Source: a virus
DNA: 64,000 bases
Direction: 5' to 3' (one strand)
Virus record (IMG/VR): IMGVR_UViG_3300050498_000393
Shown here: piece by piece, positions 16,507 through 22,976 of the stretch
Position numbering within the stretch: the first letter of the stretch is position 1
Layout of the letters: each line of letters opens with the position of its first letter
Position numbers and translations under genes: made by a program
Notes under the pieces: generated by a model
What the model saw: only the letters and a program-made list of their open reading frames with translations
What the model was told of the DNA's origin: nothing
The model's database searches: none

Positions 16507-16527
16507 CATAAGTCCCGGTCGTGCAAC

Positions 16528-17169
16528 TCACCGTGCGCGATTCCGGTTCCGACAGCGCCGACGCGCGTTGCGCGTCCGGGCGTGGTCGCAGTGCGCGTGG
16601 TCGATTCGACCGCTGGGCAACCGGGTCACCGGGATGTCCACATCAATCTCGTCGAGCAGGTCGTCGATGTCGTCCAGCGGCAGCTGCTCGAGGTGCCGCC
16701 TGGTCCAGTGCACCGCGTCGCCCCAGGGTACCGTCTCACCGGGTCGGGTCGTCCGCGACACGGTGGTCGTCGTAGTCGTCCGCCAGTGCCGATCGTAGTG
16801 CGCCCGGTCGGTAGGAGTGGTCATCTGCGCGAACAGCAGTGACCAGATCTTCAGGTACAGGCCGTGCAGGGCGGAACCACCCGGGTACCGGTGGGTCGTG
16901 TCCTTGAAGCTGTGGTAGTCCGTGTCGAGGGCCATCCGTGCCAGCGCGTCAGCCCAGTCGGCCTTGGTGCAGTACGCCCGGTAGGCGTAGTCGGTGCCCG
17001 CGCCCCGGATCGTGGGGCCGAGCGTGGTGGGCATGTACTCCTGACGAAGCACGTCCAGGTGCGCGGCCACCCGCGCCCTGATCTGCATGTCCCGGGGATC
17101 GCCCGCCGGCTGGGTGCCGGGCTTGCGCAGCGCTGGCATCAGGATGCCGAACGACGTCATGATCCACAT
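16528..17169 (-). CDS. hypothetical protein (213 aa), conserved-looking N-terminal domain with Thr-rich/basic tail
   Basis: ATG at 17169 preceded by the CCGTAGACGAGAGGAAG leader motif. No function recognised. Confidence 0.7.
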   Translation of the reverse strand: MWIMTSFGILMPALRKPGTQPAGDPRDMQIRARVAAHLDVLRQEYMPTTLGPTIRGAGTDYAYRAYCTKADWADALARMALDTDYHSFKDTTHRYPGGSALHGLYLKIWSLLFAQMTTPTDRAHYDRHWRTTTTTTVSRTTRPGETVPWGDAVHWTRRHLEQLPLDDIDDLLDEIDVDIPVTRLPSGRIDHAHCDHARTRNARRRCRNRNRAR

Positions 17170-17229
17170 GTCGCTTCCTCTCGTCTACGGTCTGATCGTT
17201 CCGAGTCGCGCCCGCCATGACGGGCGCGA
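17170..17229 (-). promoter_or_regulatory. leader with 9-bp hairpin and CCGTAGACGAGAGGAAG motif
   Basis: Hairpin TCGCGCCCG-N6-CGGGCGCGA (17206-17229), then the motif at 17174-17190 just before the ATG. Confidence 0.4.
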
Positions 17230-17240
17230 GTGCGCAGCGG

Positions 17241-17477
17241 TCAACCGTTTAAAATCTCATACACAGTTAGGCTTATAAACGCGCGGGCCTCGTCCAGCGC
17301 CTCGTAGAGCGTGCTCGACATCAGTGGGTGCCGAACACCGTAAATCTCACATCGTACCTGAAACCGGTTCGAGTCACCGTCGACCGTGTGTACCTCGAAG
17401 TCGGGCCAGTCGACGCACCGGTAATAACCGGCGTACCCGCCCACGGCCTCCCACGTCGTCCTCGGTCTACCTGTCAT
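17241..17477 (-). CDS. hypothetical protein (78 aa)
   Basis: ATG at 17477 sits 6 nt after TATAAT (leaderless pattern). Codons 3-6 contain GGTAGACCGAGGA, so a downstream GTG at 17444 is an alternative start. Confidence 0.55.
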   Translation of the reverse strand: MTGRPRTTWEAVGGYAGYYRCVDWPDFEVHTVDGDSNRFQVRCEIYGVRHPLMSSTLYEALDEARAFISLTVYEILNG

Positions 17478-17483
17478 AGTTCG

Positions 17484-17492
17484 ATTATATCA
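17484..17492 (-). promoter_or_regulatory. extended -10 promoter TGATATAAT
   Basis: Complement reads TGTGATATAAT-CGAACT-ATG. Confidence 0.5.
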
Positions 17493-17542
17493 CACATCTC
17501 ACCACGGTGCAACAACACCGTGGTGAGATGAGTGAAGATCTT

Positions 17543-17767
17543 TTACCCGGGAGGCATCACGCAGTCGTTCCGAACCCACGACCCACCGCTCGCGATGCAA
17601 CTTCGCGCCGTCTGACCGTCGCGCAGTACCATGTTCGTGCAACCGACCCCGATGGCCGTGAACAGACCCAGCAGCGCGATCGCAGTGCAGACCGCAATGA
17701 CCCGGATCGTGGTGTTATATCGACGATCCGCGTTGTCGGTGTTGGTGTCTTCCTCCGCGGTCGTCAC
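17543..17767 (-). CDS. membrane protein (74 aa)
   Basis: Track ORF trimmed to the GTG at 17767 (GTGA overlap with the lipoprotein stop). One TM segment (IRVIAVCTAIALLGLFTAIGVG) and a Cys-containing C-terminus. Confidence 0.55.
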   Translation of the reverse strand: MTTAEEDTNTDNADRRYNTTIRVIAVCTAIALLGLFTAIGVGCTNMVLRDGQTARSCIASGGSWVRNDCVMPPG

Positions 17768-18036
17768 GACTTGCACCACGCGTCCCACTCGGGCACGCGG
17801 AGCACGGCGGAGTAGTCACGACTGGTCGTCACGAACGCGACGCCGTCGATGCACAACCGCGCGATGTTCGGATGCGTGTCGATGTTCGCGTACAGCTCGT
17901 ACTTCTGGGGATTCTTGACCACGACGCCCTCGAGGTCACGCCGCTGATCGCCGACACCACATCCAGATAGTGCGAGCGCGCCGATGAGTACGAGCGCTCC
18001 AGCAAGCAGCGCGCCGAGCTTGATGTTACGAGTCAC
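17764..18036 (-). CDS. lipoprotein (90 aa)
   Basis: Signal peptide with a lipobox: MTRNIKLGALLAGALVLIGALALSGC. Confidence 0.7.
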   Translation of the reverse strand: MTRNIKLGALLAGALVLIGALALSGCGVGDQRRDLEGVVVKNPQKYELYANIDTHPNIARLCIDGVAFVTTSRDYSAVLRVPEWDAWCKS

Positions 18037-18094
18037 CCTGGAATCTCCCTCGATCTATTACGACGGTCCGTCCGTCTATGAGTTCATATTATCA
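18037..18094 (-). promoter_or_regulatory. extended -10 promoter (TGATAATAT), hairpin and ATAGATCGAGGGAG leader
   Basis: Complement reads CCTGATAATATGAACTCATAGACGGACGGACCGTCGTAATAGATCGAGGGAGATTCCAGG-GTG. Confidence 0.45.
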
Positions 18095-18111
18095 GGACGT
18101 GTCAAACGTCG

Positions 18112-18270
18112 TCAGATCCGAAACCGGTGACCGCAGTTCCAGCAGGTGTACACGTAAAAGTGGCTAGGTGAGCCGTCGCCGCCACGCGAAACCGGGTAGT
18201 CGTGGATGTCCCAGAGACGCCGGCTAAACCAACAGATGAATCTGATCGGTACGAGTGGACGCAACGTCAT
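18112..18270 (-). CDS. small Cys-containing protein (52 aa)
   Basis: Hand-found ORF. Its ATG forms an ATGA overlap with the TerL stop. Ends ...YVYTCWNCGHRFRI. Confidence 0.5.
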   Translation of the reverse strand: MTLRPLVPIRFICWFSRRLWDIHDYPVSRGGDGSPSHFYVYTCWNCGHRFRI

Positions 18271-19769
18271 CGCCGTCCCGGTCCACCGAGCACGGGTACG
18301 TTCGGGTGCAGCCGGGAGACCAGGTTGCGGGACATGCTGTCGGCGCGCGGCAGCGGTTTGGCCTGGGTGTGCGTCTTGAAGAACGCGAGTAGCAGGGCCT
18401 CGGCGGAGTCGGGTGAGAAGCCGAGCCGCTCGATGATGTCCTTCTTGGGCTCGATCTTGACTTTACCGTGTGAGTCGAGAATCTCGTAGCGTGGCGTGGT
18501 GAGCTCGTGGATCGTGTCGTCGTCGACGTTCCGCAGGTCCCACGTGCCGAGCCGGGACAGCTCACGGCCGACGACCCACCACAGTTCGGCGCGCTTGTTC
18601 AGGTACTTCTTCTCGAGACCGGGCGACGGCAGTGAGCCGAAGTTGATCGGGATGACCTCGGCACCGTGCGTGCCCTCGCCGGCGTAGTTGTGCCGCCGCG
18701 AGAGCTCCTTCAACCGACCGAAGATTCCCCACCCGATGCCGCCCGAGTCGACGCGCACCCGGGTAAGCCCCCACTCCTCGATGGCCTGAGCCAGCAGGCC
18801 CACCGTGCGCATCGGGTCGCGGTCGATGAACACCAGCTCACGCCCGGCGACGGGACCGACCCGCTCGCGGATGATGGTCCGGTCGCCACCGGCCCCGACG
18901 TCTATCCCTCCCTCCCGGACGGCCGGATCCTCCGGGAGATCGGCCAGCTGGCACAGCCGCGCCCAGTCGTACTGCACGACGGCGAACGGGTCACCACCGC
19001 TGGGGAACTCACCCTCGCACTTCGACTGGAACAAGGCGCTGTCCGGTCCCCACCGTTTACGACGCGACTCCACCCAGTGCGGCGCGATCAACACCTCGGC
19101 AAGCGCGGGTGACACCGGCTCGCCGGTGAAGTTCGGCGTGTCGCGGTAGGAGATGCGAATGACGTGCCAGCCGGACGTAGGCTTGCACACGTTCTGAAAC
19201 TCGCCGGGGCCATCCGGGTTGCCGATGGCCAGGATCCGCGAGTGCTCGCCGGAGGCCAGCGACTCGGCCGCGTCCCAGAGCTCCTTGGGGATGCCGTACG
19301 CCTCGTCGAGCACGACCAGCAGGTACCGGGCGTGCACCCCCTGGAAGGCCGTCGGGTCGTAGTCGGCCGGCTTACGCCCGAACGCCACCATCTCCTTACC
19401 GACGTACCACTCGGTCAGGTTGGTGCGACCGACCAACCCGGCGCGCGCGTGCACGCGGTTGATCTCGTACCAGAGAACCGCCTCGACCTGCTTGGTAGAC
19501 GGCGCGGTGGTAACCACGCGCGCGTCCCCGACGGGGTGCGAGTCCAGCCACCAGCAGACCGTCTCGGCCGCGGTCCACGACTTACCCGCGCTGTGGCACG
19601 ACTTCACCGCGACGCGGTGGTGGTCTCGTACCGCCTCGAGGATCTCGCGTTGCTTAGCGTAGAGCTCGCCGCGCGTGCGCTCCGTCACCCACGCCACCGG
19701 ATCCCGCCGCCAGCGAAGCTCGGGCGGGTCGATGAGGTCGGCGGCGCGGGACGCCCAGCCAGCGGTCAC
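18267..19769 (-). CDS. terL: terminase large subunit
   Basis: Walker A CHSAGKS, Walker B LLVVLDEA, nuclease-type C-terminal half, 500 aa. Confidence 0.85.
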   Translation of the reverse strand: MTAGWASRAADLIDPPELRWRRDPVAWVTERTRGELYAKQREILEAVRDHHRVAVKSCHSAGKSWTAAETVCWWLDSHPVGDARVVTTAPSTKQVEAVLWYEINRVHARAGLVGRTNLTEWYVGKEMVAFGRKPADYDPTAFQGVHARYLLVVLDEAYGIPKELWDAAESLASGEHSRILAIGNPDGPGEFQNVCKPTSGWHVIRISYRDTPNFTGEPVSPALAEVLIAPHWVESRRKRWGPDSALFQSKCEGEFPSGGDPFAVVQYDWARLCQLADLPEDPAVREGGIDVGAGGDRTIIRERVGPVAGRELVFIDRDPMRTVGLLAQAIEEWGLTRVRVDSGGIGWGIFGRLKELSRRHNYAGEGTHGAEVIPINFGSLPSPGLEKKYLNKRAELWWVVGRELSRLGTWDLRNVDDDTIHELTTPRYEILDSHGKVKIEPKKDIIERLGFSPDSAEALLLAFFKTHTQAKPLPRADSMSRNLVSRLHPNVPVLGGPGRR

Positions 19770-19782
19770 GGCGGTACGTTAC

Positions 19783-19920
19783 CTACGGGATGATGATCGC
19801 GAGCGCCACGAGGAACAGGCCGAGCGCGATCAACCGGTTCGCCTCCCACAGGCGACCCAGCGCCGCCACGGCCCAACACGCACCGGCGAGCACCCAGAGA
19901 ATGAGATCGACGACGTTCAC
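19783..19920 (-). CDS. small membrane protein (45 aa)
   Basis: GTG at 19920 lies just after the upstream TAG. Two hydrophobic segments: VNVVDLILWVLAGACWAVAALG..LIALGLFLVALAIIIP. Confidence 0.5.
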   Translation of the reverse strand: MNVVDLILWVLAGACWAVAALGRLWEANRLIALGLFLVALAIIIP

Positions 19921-19922
19921 GA

Positions 19923-20111
19923 CTACACCCCCGGCGGCTCGTTCGGGACGGCCCACACGGCCAGGCCGGCTACGACGAGGAGCACGATGACGTTGACCCA
20001 CTCGCCGCTCGTGACCGAACCCCCCGCCGGCGAGTCGGTCATCGACGCGATCTGATACGCACCGGCGCCCGCGACCAGCGCCGCGGTGATCGCCTTGGCA
20101 ATCTTGTTCAT
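19923..20111 (-). CDS. small membrane protein (62 aa), holin-like layout
   Basis: Track ORF trimmed to the ATG at 20111 (MNKIAKAITAALVAGAGAYQ...VIVLLVVAGLAVWAV). Has a TATGCT-N6-ATG leaderless pattern. Confidence 0.6.
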   Translation of the reverse strand: MNKIAKAITAALVAGAGAYQIASMTDSPAGGSVTSGEWVNVIVLLVVAGLAVWAVPNEPPGV

Positions 20112-20117
20112 GCGGCC

Positions 20118-20123
20118 AGCATA
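20118..20123 (-). promoter_or_regulatory. -10 hexamer TATGCT, leaderless arrangement
   Basis: Complement reads TATGCT-GGCCGC-ATG. Confidence 0.35.
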
Positions 20124-20127
20124 GACC

Positions 20128-20166
20128 GAGGACCCGGGCGTCGGTCGAGTCGCAACCCGGGTCCTC
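20128..20166 (-). terminator. perfect 11-bp stem-loop
   Basis: GAGGACCCGGG-N17-CCCGGGTCCTC, downstream of the 20257 gene stop. Confidence 0.5.
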
Positions 20167-20195
20167 GTCTCCTCCCGTGGCGGGAAGATCGGTGC

Positions 20196-20245
20196 GGGAC
20201 GAGACAGCATCGGTGTGGGCGACGGTAGGTCGTCCGTCTCGTCCC
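20196..20245 (-). terminator. 10-bp stem-loop with inner hairpin
   Basis: GGGACGAGAC...GTCTCGTCCC, immediately after the 20257 stop. Confidence 0.45.
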
Positions 20246-20256
20246 GCGGTTTCACC

Positions 20257-20736
20257 CTAGCCGGTGGTCGTGTACCGACAGTCGAGCGGGTCGAGCCGTG
20301 CCGATCCGGCCGGTATCACGAGGCCGCGCTGGTTCATGTGCTTGCCCCGGTCGAGGAACCAGCACAGCACCGAGAAGCGCTCCTCCGCGGCGCGTAGCGG
20401 TACCACGATCAGCTGCAGCGAGACGGTCTCACCCTTGAGCAGAACGATCGGGTATCGAAACGTAGTCGTGTACCGCTGCACGTTGACCGCCGTCTTCGGC
20501 CCACCGTGCACGGAGCTCGTGTAGATCAGCGTGATGCCCATGGCCTTCGTGGCGCTGGCCTCCGCGTAGATCACCCGGCCGATCTCGGACTGGGTCACGG
20601 CGGGCGTCGGCCACTTATCGCCGCCGCGCGGTGACTCGGTCGTGTACGACAGCCGCGGCAGTATCGCGAAGATACCGACCACGAGTAATACGCCGATCAG
20701 CGGCACGACCACGATGCCGCGTATCAGCGTCTTCAC
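20257..20736 (-). CDS. membrane-anchored protein (159 aa), MmpS-like layout
   Basis: N-terminal TM segment (IVVVPLIGVLLVVGIFAIL) followed by a beta-rich ectodomain. Confidence 0.6.
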   Translation of the reverse strand: MKTLIRGIVVVPLIGVLLVVGIFAILPRLSYTTESPRGGDKWPTPAVTQSEIGRVIYAEASATKAMGITLIYTSSVHGGPKTAVNVQRYTTTFRYPIVLLKGETVSLQLIVVPLRAAEERFSVLCWFLDRGKHMNQRGLVIPAGSARLDPLDCRYTTTG

Positions 20737-20978
20737 GCGGCCTCCGGCTCGGTCGGCTTGGCCACGCCCCGTACGATCTCGTAGCTCAGGACGTGCGCGA
20801 GTGCGTAACCGCGTACCTCCACGAGTTCGAGATCCTCACCCCTCGGCTCGTAAACGTCGAACTGCAGGACACCGTCATTGATGACGAGGTTGTCGCAGTC
20901 GGTGTAACCCTCTGCCGGTCGTCCGTCGGCGAAGTGCACCGTCACGACGCTAAAGTGCGTGTCTTCCCAGATATCCAT
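20733..20978 (-). CDS. hypothetical protein (81 aa)
   Basis: ATG with an AAGGAGAAG SD. 4-nt overlap with the downstream gene. Confidence 0.6.
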   Translation of the reverse strand: MDIWEDTHFSVVTVHFADGRPAEGYTDCDNLVINDGVLQFDVYEPRGEDLELVEVRGYALAHVLSYEIVRGVAKPTEPEAA

Positions 20979-20990
20979 GCTCTTCTCCTT

Positions 20991-21158
20991 CTATCCTCCG
21001 ATGATCTTCCACCACCAGGTCGGCTTCTCCGACACCTGGCCCTTGAGCGTGACGCCCCAGTCACACGCGGCGCACAGCAACGCGTAGCCCCCGTCCCAGA
21101 CCACGCGGTACCGTCGTAGATAGCACATGCCGCAGTCGTCAACGAACGACACCGTCAT
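20991..21158 (-). CDS. small zinc-ribbon protein (55 aa)
   Basis: Hand-found ORF, MTVSFVDDCGMCYLRRYRVVWDGGYALLCAACDW..., with CxxC...CxxC. GGGGTGA SD. Confidence 0.55.
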   Translation of the reverse strand: MTVSFVDDCGMCYLRRYRVVWDGGYALLCAACDWGVTLKGQVSEKPTWWWKIIGG

Positions 21159-21162
21159 AGGA

Positions 21163-21252
21163 TCACCCCACGTAGTGTAAGACGACTCCGATCGTAACCA
21201 GGCCTACCACGAGCACGAGTAGGCCCGCGAGAAACCGCTGGTAACTGGTCAC
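21163..21252 (-). CDS. tiny membrane protein (29 aa)
   Basis: GTG ORF, VTSYQRFLAGLLVLVVGLVTIGVVLHYVG. Member of the tandem array. Confidence 0.4.
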   Translation of the reverse strand: MTSYQRFLAGLLVLVVGLVTIGVVLHYVG

Positions 21253-21255
21253 CGG

Positions 21256-21330
21256 TCACCTACTCCTGAACAGCTCACGCAAGACGACGATACCAACCAC
21301 GATCACCAACGCGATCGCTAGCAAGACCAT
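21256..21330 (-). CDS. tiny membrane protein (24 aa)
   Basis: MVLLAIALVIVVGIVVLRELFRSR. ATGA overlap with the upstream stop. Confidence 0.4.
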   Translation of the reverse strand: MVLLAIALVIVVGIVVLRELFRSR

Positions 21331-21491
21331 CACATGCACCTCCGCGAGCGCCGTCGGCCGAATAACGCGACGCCGACGAGGCCCAGTACCGTCATCACTC
21401 CGGACGCCAGACCGACGATCGGCGATCCGGTGGTGAACCACACCCCGTACAGCACCGCGTTAAGTACGAGGTAGAGCAACACACCTACCAC
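21330..21491 (-). CDS. small membrane protein (53 aa, 2 TM)
   Basis: GTG at 21491 with a GGAGTGA SD. VVGVLLYLVLNAVLYGVWF..GVMTVLGLVGVALFG. Confidence 0.45.
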   Translation of the reverse strand: MVGVLLYLVLNAVLYGVWFTTGSPIVGLASGVMTVLGLVGVALFGRRRSRRCM

Positions 21492-21604
21492 GAGATCACT
21501 CCTAGCTTCGTCAGTATCGCCGCGACGGTGAGCGCCGCGCCGATGAACAACACAAACGGCAGGCAACCCCAGTTCGACCTCGCGCCGAGACCTCGGCTAC
21601 TCAC
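21485..21604 (-). CDS. tiny membrane protein (39 aa)
   Basis: GTGA overlap with the upstream stop. ...CLPFVLFIGAALTVAAILTKLGVISW. Confidence 0.4.
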   Translation of the reverse strand: MSSRGLGARSNWGCLPFVLFIGAALTVAAILTKLGVISW

Positions 21605-21765
21605 CGCAGTCCCGCCTTGATCGTGAGGTACAGCGTCAGGCACGACAGTACGAGGGCGGCTCCCCCGATGATCGCGTTGCCGGTCGTCATGAACCCGAAC
21701 CACAGGGCGCCGCTCACGAAGCTGAGCACGGCGACCACGCCGCACGTGAACCAGTTGGGTACCAC
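21601..21765 (-). CDS. small membrane protein (54 aa, 2 TM)
   Basis: GTG lies 4 nt after the upstream TGA. VVPNWFTCGVVAVLSFVSGALWFGF..GGAALVLSCLTLYLTI. Confidence 0.45.
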   Translation of the reverse strand: MVPNWFTCGVVAVLSFVSGALWFGFMTTGNAIIGGAALVLSCLTLYLTIKAGLR

Positions 21766-21769
21766 GTCG

Positions 21770-22027
21770 TCACCCAAACCAGGCGAACGCAAGAACCATG
21801 AGGATCCCACCGGTAACAACCAGCAGGACGGGGTGCTTCTTAAGCGCACCCCAGAACAGCAACACGATGAGCGCCGCGACCGCCGCCGACGCCACCGGCC
21901 AGAACCACGGTTGATCGGTGATCGATACCCGCGGCGCCGTCGGTACCGGGATCTTGATCTCACGCCCGGGGGTCGGCTGCGGGGCGGGCGCGTACGCCGT
22001 GACGTACGAGGCAAGCCGGCTCAGCAC
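21770..22027 (-). CDS. small membrane protein (about 85 aa, start uncertain)
   Basis: C-terminal two TM segments (WFWPVASAAVAALIVLLFWG..VLLVVTGGILMVLAFAWFG). The GTG at 22027 overlaps the upstream ORF end. Confidence 0.4.
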   Translation of the reverse strand: MLSRLASYVTAYAPAPQPTPGREIKIPVPTAPRVSITDQPWFWPVASAAVAALIVLLFWGALKKHPVLLVVTGGILMVLAFAWFG

Positions 22028-22116
22028 GGCCCACCGCCCACTATCGCCACCGCGATGAAGAATCCGAGGATCACCCCGGTCGCCAGTGTGAGAAACAGAC
22101 TCACGTAGCTGGTCAT
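22021..22116 (-). CDS. tiny membrane protein (31 aa)
   Basis: ATG with a GGAGGAGGG SD. MTSYVSLFLTLATGVILGFFIAVAIVGGGPC. Confidence 0.5.
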   Translation of the reverse strand: MTSYVSLFLTLATGVILGFFIAVAIVGGGPC

Positions 22117-22119
22117 GAC

Positions 22120-22284
22120 TTACGAGTTCCCTCCTCCGAGCCGTTCGGCCCAGATGATCGAGATAAAGCCGAGAACGCCGCCCACCGCGAGGGCGAGCCA
22201 CTCGGGGCCACCCGTCCAGGCGCACACCACCATGATGACGAAGAAAACCGTCGCCCCGACGAACACCGAGCCGGCAAAGTGCAC
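22120..22284 (-). CDS. small membrane protein (54 aa, 2 TM)
   Basis: GTG at 22284 with a GAGGAGG SD 5 nt upstream. VHFAGSVFVGATVFFVIMVVCAW..LALAVGGVLGFISIIW. Confidence 0.5.
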   Translation of the reverse strand: MHFAGSVFVGATVFFVIMVVCAWTGGPEWLALAVGGVLGFISIIWAERLGGGNS

Positions 22285-22294
22285 GGTAACCTCC

Positions 22295-22396
22295 TCACGC
22301 ACCGTAGAGCTTGCACACGGCAAAGACGAAGATGAACGCGCACACCGCGATGACGAACATCACGCAGCCGACGCGCTCGCCGGGTGACGACTTCAC
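22295..22396 (-). CDS. tiny membrane protein (33 aa)
   Basis: GTGA overlap with the upstream stop. VKSSPGERVGCVMFVIAVCAFIFVFAVCKLYGA. Confidence 0.4.
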   Translation of the reverse strand: MKSSPGERVGCVMFVIAVCAFIFVFAVCKLYGA

Positions 22397-22485
22397 AGCC
22401 GCGCGACGCCGCAGGCGATGAACCCGATCCCGGCGACGGCCAGCAAGAACACCGTCGCCCAGAACAGGCGATTGAACAGTCTCAT
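22393..22485 (-). CDS. tiny membrane protein (30 aa)
   Basis: ATGA overlap with the upstream stop, GGGAG SD. MRLFNRLFWATVFLLAVAGIGFIACGVARL. Confidence 0.45.
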   Translation of the reverse strand: MRLFNRLFWATVFLLAVAGIGFIACGVARL

Positions 22486-22571
22486 CCGATGACTCCCGTC
22501 GCCACGAGAATCACGAAGAGAACGAACGCGAGCCCGACGCCGATGATGCGGGCCGCCCAGTCCTTGGACAC
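22482..22571 (-). CDS. tiny membrane protein (29 aa), first gene of the array
   Basis: GTG with a GGAGG SD 6 nt upstream. VSKDWAARIIGVGLAFVLFVILVATGVIG. Confidence 0.5.
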   Translation of the reverse strand: MSKDWAARIIGVGLAFVLFVILVATGVIG

Positions 22572-22610
22572 AGAGTACCTCCAGGTGCGATCGACAGGAT
22601 TTACCGTGTA

Positions 22611-22640
22611 ACCCTATCAATTGATCACACCTACCGTCAA
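22611..22640 (-). promoter_or_regulatory. sigma70-like promoter (TTGACG-N18-TAGGGT)
   Basis: Complement of 22635-22640 is TTGACG and of 22611-22616 is TAGGGT. A 39-nt leader runs to the first array gene. Confidence 0.4.
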
Positions 22641-22670
22641 ACCCGAACTAGATTCACCTTCACATATGCG

Positions 22671-22708
22671 GCAACATACCCGCGCGCACGCGCGTGCGTA
22701 TGTTACCG
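22671..22708. promoter_or_regulatory. operator-like inverted repeat
   Basis: GCAACATACCCGCGCGCACGCGCGTGCGTATGTTACCG. Arms AACATAC/GTATGTT flank the GCACGC/GCGTGC palindrome. Confidence 0.45.
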
Positions 22709-22727
22709 TCAAGTCAAGGTAAGATTT

Positions 22728-22744
22728 TTATCACGATGTGATAA
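22728..22744. promoter_or_regulatory. perfect palindrome TTATCAC-GAT-GTGATAA
   Basis: 7-bp arms with a 3-bp spacer in a locally AT-rich stretch. Confidence 0.45.
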
Positions 22745-22826
22745 ACTTGCCCTCCACGAGGGACACCACGCGTAGGCTGATACCGAGGGCCACCGTGCGC
22801 TCTACCTTCGCGCCGTAGATGCACAC
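22731..22826 (-). CDS. possible small ORF (31 aa) between the operator-like repeats
   Basis: GTG at 22826 with a GAGGAGGG SD. VCIYGAKVERTVALGISLRVVSLVEGKFITS. The longer 81-aa track ORF has mediocre GC3 and is less convincing. Confidence 0.25.
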   Translation of the reverse strand: MCIYGAKVERTVALGISLRVVSLVEGKFITS

Positions 22827-22857
22827 ACTCACCCTCCTCAGTCCGGATCCCCATCGG

Positions 22858-22890
22858 GCGCGTGCGTACGCTCGCGCGGGTATGTTACCG
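22858..22890. promoter_or_regulatory. second copy of the operator-like motif
   Basis: GCGCGTGCGTACGCTCGCGCGGGTATGTTACCG repeats both halves of the 22671-22708 element. Confidence 0.4.
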
Positions 22891-22976
22891 CTTTCTCGAC
22901 CGGCCTGAAGTAGAAGCGATACCGTGCCGGAAAGAGACGCCAGAACCACCACGGACGCCGGTACACCATCTTCCAC

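Noticed and set aside
18095-18106. TTGACA upstream of the 18086 promoter as its -35 element.
   Set aside because: Only about 8 nt separate it from the -10 hexamer. The element is better explained as a -35-less extended -10 promoter like the other copies.
22731-22976. 81-aa ORF filling the 22621-22976 control region.
   Set aside because: It has only mediocre third-position GC, and it contains the operator-like repeat and the palindrome. A shorter 31-aa version with a strong SD is kept at low confidence.
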